A stretch of DNA of 32,000 nt from Planctomycetales bacterium (GTDB lineage Bacteria; 4484-113; JAFGCY01): the NCBI GenBank assembly GCA_022646745.1, contig CP060262.1, forward strand, positions 3,270,001-3,302,000, in the 5' to 3' direction. Made by a program: the position numbers and the translations under genes. Positions 1 through 10,939 of this stretch are shown piece by piece. Positions within the stretch are counted from its first letter, which is position 1. Every line of letters begins with the position of its first letter. The notes below the pieces were generated by a model. The model was not told the origin of the DNA, searched no databases, and saw nothing but the letters and a program-made list of their open reading frames with translations.

Positions 1-1218
1 GCCGAGGATCCGGTGGTCCTCCGGGTCGAACAGCAGCTTCACCATTCCGTCAGAGTTGCCCGTCATCTGCCCCTTGGCGGTGTCGCCAAAGTAACCGACG
101 CCAGTCTCATAGCGGGTGCCGGCCTTTTTCAGGTTCTCCTCCGACTCTCCGATCATCGAAATGTCGGGACAGGTATAGATGCCGTAGGGGAAGAGCGGCT
201 CGTAGGGGATGTCGTCAATCTGCAGGATGGCATTGGCCGCCTTGCGGCCCTGGTCAATGGAAGTGGCGGCCAGTGAGGGGAAACCGATCACGTCGCCTGC
301 TGCATAGATGTGGTCAACGTTGGTCTTGTAATTTGAATCAACCTTGAGGTAGTCCTTATCCTCGACCTCCACGCCGGCCGCCGACAGGTTCAGCGTATTG
401 GTGTTGCCCCAGCGCTGGGCGGCGATGAACATCATGTCGAACTGCAGTTCGTCACCCGCACGCGTAGTGGCACGGACGTCCTTCGGCCCGGCTACATGGA
501 TGTCGGACAGCTCCTCTTCCATGTGGAATACAACGCCATGTCTCACCATGTGGCCCTTCAGCACCTCAATCAGTTCCCTGTCAACGAAGGGCAGCAGTGA
601 CTTGTACTGGCTGACGACATGCACTTCGATTCCGAGCAGCGAGAACATGGCCGCATACTCGAGGCCGATCACACCGCCGCCGATGATGCAGAGCTTCTTT
701 GGCAGGTAGCGCATCTCCAGGATGTCGTCCGTGTTGAAGATATGCACGTTGTCATACGGCGGGTTGTAATGCGAATAACTGCGGGCCCCGCTGCAGATGA
801 TGAAGTTCTTGGCGGTGTAATCCTCTGTGCCGACGGTGTCTTCGACGCGCATTGTATGCGGGTCGAGGAAGTGGCCATGGCCGGAGATCACGTCCACGTG
901 GTTGCGCACGAGCTGCGAATGGATCACGTCAATTTCGCGGCGGATAATGCGGTTACAGCGGTACAGGAGGTCATCGGAAGTGATGTTCTCCTTCACGCGG
1001 TAGTTATCGCCGTACATCTTCTTCTCGTGGTAGCCACTGAGGTAGATGATGGCGGAGCGGATGGTCTTTGAAGGGATGGTGCCGATGTGCAGGCAGTTAC
1101 CGCCCACGACCTGACGTTCATCGATGACCGCAACCTTGGCCCCGACCTTCCCGCACTTGATGGCGGCTTTCTGACCAGCTGGGCCGCAGCCGATAACGAT
1201 CACATCATAATCTGACAT
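1..1218 (-). CDS. sthA: Soluble pyridine nucleotide transhydrogenase-like flavoprotein (SthA/UdhA type); C-terminus cut by the window edge
   Basis: Absent from the ORF track because it is open at the window edge. My reverse-strand translation from the ATG (complement of 1216-1218) reads MSDYDVIVIGCGPAGQKAAIKCGKVGAKVAVIDERQVVGGNCLHIGTIPSK... This has a GxGxxG FAD fold. GGNCLHIGTIPSK has a single Cys; the second redox Cys of lipoamide dehydrogenase is Thr, as in E. coli SthA GGGCTHWGTIPSK. A second Rossmann motif (IIGGGVIGLEYA) and AAGDVIGFPSLA are also present. The frame stays open to base 1. Confidence 0.8.
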   Translation of the reverse strand, partial: MSDYDVIVIGCGPAGQKAAIKCGKVGAKVAVIDERQVVGGNCLHIGTIPSKTIRSAIIYLSGYHEKKMYGDNYRVKENITSDDLLYRCNRIIRREIDVIHSQLVRNHVDVISGHGHFLDPHTMRVEDTVGTEDYTAKNFIICSGARSYSHYNPPYDNVHIFNTDDILEMRYLPKKLCIIGGGVIGLEYAAMFSLLGIEVHVVSQYKSLLPFVDRELIEVLKGHMVRHGVVFHMEEELSDIHVAGPKDVRATTRAGDELQFDMMFIAAQRWGNTNTLNLSAAGVEVEDKDYLKVDSNYKTNVDHIYAAGDVIGFPSLAATSIDQGRKAANAILQIDDIPYEPLFPYGIYTCPDISMIGESEENLKKAGTRYETGVGYFGDTAKGQMTGNSDGMVKLLFDPEDHRILG

Positions 1219-1403
1219 GGCGCACTAATTATCCACCTGCGATCAACATCCGCAAGTCTTATAACAGGATTGAAGCCCGGCTTCACAAATAGAGAAACCT
1301 TGCCACGCGGATACTGTACCGCCTGACCGGAGAAATGCCATACTAGGGGTCCGATATCCCATGTGCATCGAGCTTCTTTCAACATCAGGGCCGGACACAG
1401 TCC

Positions 1404-2132
1404 ATGGCTAACCTGAGACCCCAGGGGCCACTGTTTGATGCTGCGAGCACGGCAGTCAGCCGCATGGCGCAGCAATATGAGCGTGGCAGGGCGAATGCCA
1501 GCTACATTGCAGCAGCATTGCTGGCCATTCCGATCGGTCTTCTGCCATTGGTCCTTTCCCGCAACTTGGCTGACATTCTGAATGCTCCCCTGAATGGCCA
1601 GCTCTTCAGGTTACCAGCCATGGACACGCAGGGAAGCATCTACATGGTCGCGGCGCTGATCATCAGCCTCGGTTTCATTGTGCTAATGAATGTACTGGCA
1701 GATCGACAATACAACCAGATGCTGGAAACCTCGTCCCAGCTGCTTTCAGGGAGCACCCTGTCCATGCTGATCCTCGACAGCAACACTGCCCGGGAAATGT
1801 CTGCAGAGATGAAAGGAGCGGTTTTGCCGGAAATCCTTTCGAATCGTGGAGGAGAGTCGATCAATGAACTGGCTGCATTCTATGCCCTGTACCATGACAC
1901 TTTCCATCGAAAGGCACTTGGAAAGGAACATGCTTCAATGGCAATGCTGGTTCGCCAAGACATGGTACTCAACCTGCTGCTGGCCCTTGTGACTAACCTC
2001 GCCTGTTACGTGCTTGTTGGCTATCTGTTACTGCCCTGGGTGCTGCTTCGAATCTTCCGCAACTGGCCGAGGGTCAGTGCGTGCCAGACGGCCTTTGCGC
2101 ATTACATATCCCTTCGCGAACATGATTGCTAG
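1404..2132 (+). CDS. Hypothetical membrane protein
   Basis: 242-aa ORF with several hydrophobic segments (IAAALLAIPIGLLPLVL, MVAALIISLGFIVLMNVL, LLLALVTNLACYVLVGYLLLPWVLL). No motif recognised and no clear Shine-Dalgarno, so the start is uncertain (alternative Met at 1467). Confidence 0.45.
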   Translation: MANLRPQGPLFDAASTAVSRMAQQYERGRANASYIAAALLAIPIGLLPLVLSRNLADILNAPLNGQLFRLPAMDTQGSIYMVAALIISLGFIVLMNVLADRQYNQMLETSSQLLSGSTLSMLILDSNTAREMSAEMKGAVLPEILSNRGGESINELAAFYALYHDTFHRKALGKEHASMAMLVRQDMVLNLLLALVTNLACYVLVGYLLLPWVLLRIFRNWPRVSACQTAFAHYISLREHDC

Positions 2133-2397
2133 AATTACCTGATTGAATTGCATCTCCATTGATTCTATTGGCGGATCAAACAGCCAACTTTCACTGCTAT
2201 TGGAAAGCCCATAGAAGGATTGAGCATCATTGATATCACCTGAGCTCAGTCCAGCATTGAATTCTTTACTTTTGGTAAAAATCCCGCAAGCCAGTTCACT
2301 GTGCTTTCCATTTCTCTGACATACATTGCAATTGTTAAGCCGGATCGTTATAGTTTAAACGCAGAGGTGTGTACGAGATTCCAACTTGGAGAGTGCC

Positions 2398-5227
<2,830 letters not shown>

Positions 5228-5333
5228 TGGGCACAGGGTTCAGGCCTGCATGTTTAACGTTGAGGTTTGGACAGTTGCCGGAGTAGGCCCGCTCCCAGCG
5301 GCCTTCTGACTTGCTATTCAAAGGGGAAAAGCT

Positions 5334-5407
5334 TACGGGGGGAGGGTCTCGAACCCACGACCTCCAGATCCACAATCTGGCGCTCTAACCAACTGAGCTA
5401 CCCCCGC
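5334..5407 (-). tRNA. tRNA-His (anticodon GTG), without an encoded G-1 or CCA
   Basis: The reverse complement folds by hand into a cloverleaf: GCGGGGG TA GCTC AGTTGGTTA GAGC G CCAGA TTGTGGA TCTGG AGGTC GTGGG TTCGAGA CCCTC CCCCCGT A. It has T8, A14, GG in the D-loop and a TTCGA T-loop. Anticodon-loop positions 34-36 are GTG. There is one U:U mismatch in the T-stem (50:64) and a G1:U72 pair. Confidence 0.85.
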
Positions 5408-5458
5408 GTGGGGACAGGAATTATACCGTTATATCCCTTGATTGAACAGACGGGCAGA

Positions 5459-6619
5459 CTAAGCCCCGGCGGCTTCCGCGTTGATCAGCTCCACGATCTT
5501 CTGTGCACCGGCCCACATGCTGTCCACGAATACCAGAGGCTTGTTGCTGCCCTCGAGGATCTCCTTGGCCAGCTCCTCTCGTGTACCGGTCAGGCGGATC
5601 ACGATCGGCACCTTGCGCTCCAGCTTGTCGTACACGTCCACGATGCCCTGGGCGACAAGGTCCGTGCGGGTGATGCCGCCGAACACATTGATGAAGATGC
5701 CCTTCACATCCGGGTCGCGCAGCACAGCGATCAGCGCCTTCTGCACACCTTCCGCAGTAGCGGAACCACCGAAGTCGAGGAAGTTGTTGGGCGTGCCGCC
5801 GGCGCGCTTCACGACATCCATCGTGGTCATCACCAGGCCTGCACCGTTGCCGCAGATGCCGACGTTGCCGCCTGGCAGGTGCACATAGGTCAGGCCCTCT
5901 TCCTTGGCCTGCACCTCATACTCATCCAGCTCGGAGCCAGCCTCACGCAGCTCGGCGATCTCCTTCTGGCGATAGAGCGCATTGTCATCAAAGTTCATCT
6001 TGGCGTCGATGGCAACAACCTCACCCTGCTTGGTGATCACCAGCGGGTTGATCTCTGCCATTTCAGCATCGGTCGCCATGAAGCAGTCATACAGCTTATC
6101 GATGAAGCTGGCGATGGCGCGGGCCTTGGAGGTGTCCACGCCACTCATGTAGACCGCCTGGCGGATTTCGTAGTCCTGGATGCCGACGGTCGGGTCAATG
6201 TTGACCTTGGTGATCTTCTCGGGGGTACTGGCAGCAACTTCCTCGATGTCCACGCCGCCCGCCGCACTGATGATCAGCACCACACTCTTGTCCTCACGGT
6301 TGAGCGTGAAGCCGAGGTAGTACTCGGTTTCAATGTCCACTGCATCTGCGACAAGTACACGGTCCACGGTCAGGCCCTTGATCTCCATCCCGAGGATGTT
6401 CTGCGCGACGGCGAAAGCCTCGTCCGGGGTCTTGGCCAGCTTGACACCGCCGGCCTTGCCTCGGCCGCCGGCATGCACCTGGGCCTTGACGACCACCATG
6501 CGGCCGATCTTCTCGGCGATGGCCTTGACTTCCTCCGGCGTACGCGCCAGCTCCCCGTGGTTGGTCGGGATGCCGAACTTGCTCATGATTTCGCGTGCCT
6601 GGTACTCGTGGATCTTCAT
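5459..6619 (-). CDS. sucC: Succinate--CoA ligase (ADP-forming) beta subunit
   Basis: 386 aa. MKIHEYQAREIMSKFGIP... and VVKAQVHAGGRGKAGGVKLA are the classic SucC N-terminal ATP-grasp signatures. The C-terminal half has GNVGICGNGAGLVMTTMD and NVFGGITR. Confidence 0.95.
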   Translation of the reverse strand: MKIHEYQAREIMSKFGIPTNHGELARTPEEVKAIAEKIGRMVVVKAQVHAGGRGKAGGVKLAKTPDEAFAVAQNILGMEIKGLTVDRVLVADAVDIETEYYLGFTLNREDKSVVLIISAAGGVDIEEVAASTPEKITKVNIDPTVGIQDYEIRQAVYMSGVDTSKARAIASFIDKLYDCFMATDAEMAEINPLVITKQGEVVAIDAKMNFDDNALYRQKEIAELREAGSELDEYEVQAKEEGLTYVHLPGGNVGICGNGAGLVMTTMDVVKRAGGTPNNFLDFGGSATAEGVQKALIAVLRDPDVKGIFINVFGGITRTDLVAQGIVDVYDKLERKVPIVIRLTGTREELAKEILEGSNKPLVFVDSMWAGAQKIVELINAEAAGA

Positions 6620-6819
6620 CTCAGGTCCTGTCTGGGGGTTTTGCCGCGCAAATTATAGCGCGGGGCTTGTGCATGGAACGGAGTGTGCACGGACTTAACA
6701 ATGGAAGGTCCTAATTTTATTGATACATAGATCTCATTAAACAATAAATGAGGTTTTTCGTCCCTAATGCATGCCGGGCATAAACCTATATTGGTAATGT
6801 GCTAGGCTATCGTGAGTCT

Positions 6820-7326
6820 ATGGGAATCTCAGGTACAGTTCGCATAATGGCAATCCTGCTTGCAGGTCTGCTATTCATGCAGCTGGATCCCGGTGGTGCG
6901 GTGGTCTGCCTGGCGGACAATGGCCGCATGAGCTACAGCTTCAGCTGTACCTGTGACCTGCCCGGTGAACACAAGGGTGGATGCTCCGCCTGCTCCGATA
7001 TCCATGCAGATGCCACAAACGCCAAGGCGGAGACAACTGGTCATTCCTGCTGCGACAAGAGTGATTCCAATTCCAAAGAAGACACACCCAGCCACAAGGG
7101 CTGCTGCCACAATTTCCGCATTGAGCTGATCGCCAGCGCTGGACCGCAGCTGGCCGCACCACAGTGGGAACAGGCCAGCCAGCAGTTGCCTGGACCGGTA
7201 ATCCTTACCGAGCTGGTATCTGCTGACTGGAGCGAGGCACGGCACATGGCCGACTTGCCTCCACCGCTACCTGAACGATCAGAATCCCCAACTTCCCTAC
7301 TCTCCTGCGTCCGGCTGCTGCTTTAG
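6820..7326 (+). CDS. Cys/His-rich exported protein, putative metal-binding accessory protein of the efflux operon
   Basis: The track ORF starts at a GTG (6799). The first ATG is at 6820 and the next at 6847, so the start is uncertain. Signal/TM segment IMAILLAGLLFMQL, then CxC, CxxC, CC and CCH clusters (SFSCTCDLPGEHKGGCSACSDIH...GHSCCDKS...HKGCCHNF). Same strand as the OMF gene and 91 nt upstream of it. Confidence 0.5.
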   Translation: MGISGTVRIMAILLAGLLFMQLDPGGAVVCLADNGRMSYSFSCTCDLPGEHKGGCSACSDIHADATNAKAETTGHSCCDKSDSNSKEDTPSHKGCCHNFRIELIASAGPQLAAPQWEQASQQLPGPVILTELVSADWSEARHMADLPPPLPERSESPTSLLSCVRLLL

Positions 7327-7417
7327 GCCGCCTGGTCGACGCCAGCCACCCCTGACCCATCACGTATCATCACGTGACAGCTGGGCCGCCAGTGTGCGGC
7401 CTGAGGAGAGCAAGCGG

Positions 7418-9106
7418 ATGCAGACTGACCTGCGCCTGGCAATGCTCATGGGGCTGATCCTGCTGCTGATCCTTCCACTTCGCACTGAAGCGAGCGAGTA
7501 CACCTCAGTGGAAATTGGCAGCACACGCCAGTACCTGCGCAACCAGGCCACAAGCCAGCCGAAACACTACCTGCCAGACGATGAAGCGCTGGATGCGCGC
7601 ATCGGCACGGTGATCGGCAATATGGATGAACTGCTGGCGGCATTGCATGCATTGCCGCCGGAGCTGGGCAGCGAGGATCTCTCGCGTGTAATCAACCATG
7701 AAGAGCTGTTGGAACTCGTTGATATAGCACTGGATAACAATCCCGAATTGCGTCCATATCGTACTCAACTAGGGATCCAGGCTGCGCGCACCCGCCAAGC
7801 TGGTGCAAAGCAGGATCCGATGCTGATGTTCAGCCTGATGAATTTTCCGGCACCACAGTTTCCGATAGATGATTCACCCATGACTATGATCCAGATTGGC
7901 GTCAGTCAGGGTTTTGAGGGCTATGGCAAGCGCAAGCTCCGCCGAAACATCAACAACCTCGAAGAACAGCTCACCCAGTATTCATTGGCACAGCGTGAAC
8001 TGGATCTCGTCGGACAGGTCAGCGATGTCTACTTCATGATGATGGAAACGACTGCCCGGCTGCAGATCCTCGATGAAAACATCGAATTGATGCAGGTCCT
8101 GATCGAACTGGCCGGCGTGAAAGCCGGACTGGGCCAGACCAGCCAGGCAATGCTGATCGACAGCCAGCTTGAACTGAGCATGCTGACCGAGCGTCGTGTG
8201 TTGCTCAACTCCATGCTGTCCAAGCAGCGCAATGAACTGAAGGGGCTGCTTGGCAACGATCCGCGACTTGATGGGATGGAGCTCCAGCTTACCGCAAGCT
8301 ATCCGCTGACACATTCACCGGTGATTGACAACGCCGCGCTTTATAGCGAGAGCCTCGAGCGCCGACCGGACTACCTGAAGCTCGATCTAATGGAGTATCA
8401 GCAGGACCTTATGGTTGAGCTTGCTTCACGCGGGTACCGCCCCGATTACACCATCAGCACCAGCATCGGCCTGCAATGGGGTATGCGCAACATGGTTTCG
8501 GCCGGCATCACAATCCCGTTGTTCACCAACAAGGAGGAACGGCAGGACGCCATGGTTCAGGAAGCACGCGCCGAACGCGCACTTGTGGACGACATGAAGG
8601 CAGAATTGACCAATAACCTTGAGACGCAGATCACCGGCCTCGAACTTGCCCTGGCGGAGGACAGCGAGATCATTGATCTTTACCGCGACGTACTGGTACC
8701 ACAGGCCCGGCTTGGTCTCGAGAGTGAGCTGCGCAGCTATGCCGCTGAGGGTGCAGAACTTGACGAACTGGTCAAGAGCCAGCTTGGCCTGCTCAACCTG
8801 CAGCAGGAACTCGAGCTGCGCAACATCAGCTACCTTGCCAACCTTGCGCGGCTGCAGATACTGACGGCAGGAGCGTTCGACCCGGCACCCTACCTGCTGG
8901 GAGAACCGGCAATCTCTGACCTGGTTGACGGAGTCAGTGAACTGGCCCGCCAGGCTGCGGCTAGCGCTGCGGAGGAAACGGTGGCCAGGGAAGTCAATCC
9001 ATTCATCGAGGAGCTGGATCTGCCCGATGACATTCCGCCGATCAGCTACCACGACGACGACATCACCGACACCAGTAATGGTGGCAATGGAGAAGGCAGT
9101 GACTGA
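7418..9106 (+). CDS. cusC: TolC-family outer membrane efflux factor (CusC/CzcC-like)
   Basis: The ATG at 7418 is preceded by GAGGAGAG; the track starts at a GTG at 7394. Signal peptide MQTDLRLAMLMGLILLLILPLRTEA. OEP-type repeats: LLELVDIALDNNPELRPYRTQLGIQAARTRQAG..., LYSESLERRPDYLKL. Long coiled-coil segments. There is no lipobox Cys. The acidic C-terminal tail ends ...HDDDITDTSNGGNGEGSD. Confidence 0.85.
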   Translation: MQTDLRLAMLMGLILLLILPLRTEASEYTSVEIGSTRQYLRNQATSQPKHYLPDDEALDARIGTVIGNMDELLAALHALPPELGSEDLSRVINHEELLELVDIALDNNPELRPYRTQLGIQAARTRQAGAKQDPMLMFSLMNFPAPQFPIDDSPMTMIQIGVSQGFEGYGKRKLRRNINNLEEQLTQYSLAQRELDLVGQVSDVYFMMMETTARLQILDENIELMQVLIELAGVKAGLGQTSQAMLIDSQLELSMLTERRVLLNSMLSKQRNELKGLLGNDPRLDGMELQLTASYPLTHSPVIDNAALYSESLERRPDYLKLDLMEYQQDLMVELASRGYRPDYTISTSIGLQWGMRNMVSAGITIPLFTNKEERQDAMVQEARAERALVDDMKAELTNNLETQITGLELALAEDSEIIDLYRDVLVPQARLGLESELRSYAAEGAELDELVKSQLGLLNLQQELELRNISYLANLARLQILTAGAFDPAPYLLGEPAISDLVDGVSELARQAAASAAEETVAREVNPFIEELDLPDDIPPISYHDDDITDTSNGGNGEGSD

Positions 9107-10274
9107 CAGCCACGACGAGACACAGGAAGAGCTCTTCTACGAGGAGGCGCCGCGCAGCAGTGTTTCTGAGGCTGTTGGCGTGTTCATCGCGCTGCTGGCG
9201 TTGTGCATCGTCGGCTACGGTGGCTACGTCTGGTTGACACCGGGCATGGAGCTTGGCGACATCCTCAGGCGCGAAGGACTTTCGCCCAAGGACGGCGTGG
9301 AGAACCTGACATCCGAACAGGGAAAATCCGTCGCCATTGAGGATGAACGCTGTCCGCAGTGCGGCATGTATTCCTTGCGCAGCATTGCAGCGGTGCACGC
9401 CAGCTTTGCTGACGGCAGCAGCGGCTACTTCGACGGCTGGGGCTGCGTTGCCAACTGGGCTACGGAGCACTCCACGACCCTGGCCGATGCCAAGACGCGG
9501 GACATTGCCAGTGCGGACCGCGATCCGCAGTGGATTGACGCGGCGAGCGCTGCGTACCGCTATGGCACTGACAAGCTCAGCGGCAGCATGGCACCATTCG
9601 TAGCCTCCTATGCCACGCCTGGCATGGCTGCTGACGATGCTAGGCGCGGCGGCGAGGTGATGGACTACCCGGCCCTGCTCAGCGAACTCGGCATCGCAGC
9701 TTCTACGAACTCCATGGGTGCTGAAATCACCAATGACCCTGCAAAGCTGGACACAGCTGGTGAGATGCAAATGGATGGCGCGATGGAAAGCATGGACCAC
9801 ATTGGGCACGACCATGCAGCCAGGGATGGTGCAGACAAGGGAATGCCGGCTGCCGATAAGGACTCCAGCACTGTGACCGCTTCCGGCAGCCTGTACAACA
9901 AGGCCGGCTTCAGTGACTCATCCTGCCAGTACTGCGGGATGTTCGCTGACAAGAGCCTGACTCATGTCGTCGTGCGCTGGCAGGACGGCAGTTACACGCA
10001 GCACGACAGCTTCGACTGCGTGTTCAACCTGATGGCGGACGAGGCTCGCAGCATCGATGCCATCCAGTTCACCGCATATGAAGTTGACAACCCAGGCAGC
10101 CACTGGCTTGATGCCAGTACCGCCTGGTTCCTGTACGACACAGACACCGTCAAGGGCTCCATGCCGCCATATGTGGCGGGATTCGCGAGCCGCTCGGATG
10201 CCGAAAACGCCCAGGCTGGACTGGGTGGCCAACTGCTCGATTACAACGGGCTGGCTGCCATGTGGCAGCAGTAG
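9078..10274 (+). CDS. Membrane-anchored protein with two NosL-like (copper chaperone) modules and a Met/His-rich linker
   Basis: The track ORF starts at 8925, inside cusC. The likely start is the ATG at 9078 (MVAMEKAV...), overlapping the cusC stop by 29 nt. TM anchor VGVFIALLALCIVGYGGYVWL. Module 1: CPQCGM (9351-9368) ...KLSGSMAPFVASYATPGMAADDARRGGEVMDY. Module 2: CQYCGM (9924-9941) ...VKGSMPPYVAGFASRSDAENAQAGLGGQLLDY. This matches my memory of NosL (CxxCGM ... KGxMG..FA....A......GG.V..F). Linker: MQMDGAMESMDHIGHDH. Confidence 0.75.
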   Translation: MVAMEKAVTDSHDETQEELFYEEAPRSSVSEAVGVFIALLALCIVGYGGYVWLTPGMELGDILRREGLSPKDGVENLTSEQGKSVAIEDERCPQCGMYSLRSIAAVHASFADGSSGYFDGWGCVANWATEHSTTLADAKTRDIASADRDPQWIDAASAAYRYGTDKLSGSMAPFVASYATPGMAADDARRGGEVMDYPALLSELGIAASTNSMGAEITNDPAKLDTAGEMQMDGAMESMDHIGHDHAARDGADKGMPAADKDSSTVTASGSLYNKAGFSDSSCQYCGMFADKSLTHVVVRWQDGSYTQHDSFDCVFNLMADEARSIDAIQFTAYEVDNPGSHWLDASTAWFLYDTDTVKGSMPPYVAGFASRSDAENAQAGLGGQLLDYNGLAAMWQQ

Positions 10275-10294
10275 CATTACCCAAGGAGAACGAT

Positions 10295-10930
10295 ATGTAC
10301 AAGTATCTGATCGCCATGCTGGCCATGGTCATCTTCGCAACCGCCGCCTGGGCTCAGAAGGATGATGAGCCGATCCGCTGCGACACCTGCGGCATGTTCT
10401 GTGAGAAGAGCAGCACGCGGATGCAGATGGAACTCAACATCGATGGTGAAAAGGGCCTCTATCACTTCGAATCCCTCGGATGTGTCTTCAACAAGATGGC
10501 TGAACTCAAGGAAGGCGGCGCCAAGGAAATCAAGGTTGCCAATGCCATGATCCTGGACTACAGCACCTTCGGCACGGACGACGAGCAGATGCTCGACCCG
10601 CACGAGGCCTGGTACCTGGTGGGAACAAGCCGGCTGAAGGGAAGCATGGCCCCCTTCATCGCAGCATTCGCAACAAAGGACATGGCTACTTCGATGCAGG
10701 ATGAGCTCGGCGGGGAAGTGATGGACCACGACAGCATGGCCGCACAGATGGTCGGCGATGACGAAGACCGCAAGCATGATGGGCACGACGATGGCAGTAA
10801 GGAGATGCACGCGATGGCGGACGTCTACATCTGCCCCTGCAGCGGTGGCTGTTGTGACGACATCAAGAGCGACAAGCCGGGTGAATGCCCCAAGTGCGGC
10901 ATGCAGCTGGTCAAGAAGGAAGACAAGTAG
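10295..10930 (+). CDS. Exported NosL-like module fused to a His/Met-rich linker and a C-terminal CPxCGM heavy-metal-binding module
   Basis: ATG at 10295 with AAGGAG 7 nt upstream; the track starts at 10262. Signal peptide MYKYLIAMLAMVIFATAAWA. NosL pattern: CDTCGM (10379-10396) ...LKGSMAPFIAAFATKDMATSMQDELGGEVMDH. Linker: DEDRKHDGHDDGSKEMHAM. The C-terminal YICPCSGGCCDDIKSDKPGECPKCGMQLV (10826-10912) resembles the HMBD of CusB-like adaptors. Confidence 0.8.
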   Translation: MYKYLIAMLAMVIFATAAWAQKDDEPIRCDTCGMFCEKSSTRMQMELNIDGEKGLYHFESLGCVFNKMAELKEGGAKEIKVANAMILDYSTFGTDDEQMLDPHEAWYLVGTSRLKGSMAPFIAAFATKDMATSMQDELGGEVMDHDSMAAQMVGDDEDRKHDGHDDGSKEMHAMADVYICPCSGGCCDDIKSDKPGECPKCGMQLVKKEDK

Positions 10931-10939
10931 GAGCAATCC

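Noticed and set aside
5267-6658. 463-aa plus-strand ORF covering the tRNA-His and all of sucC
   Set aside because: It is an antisense shadow of the well-supported sucC gene in GC-rich DNA. It starts at a TTG, runs through a tRNA gene, and has an Arg/Gly/Leu/His-rich composition with no motif.
6720-6792. Promoter or MerR-type (CueR-like) operator upstream of the efflux operon
   Set aside because: TTGATA (6720-6725) and TATATT (6787-6792) exist, but neither has a partner hexamer at 16-19 nt. I found no convincing dyad between them, so this is too weak to report as a feature.
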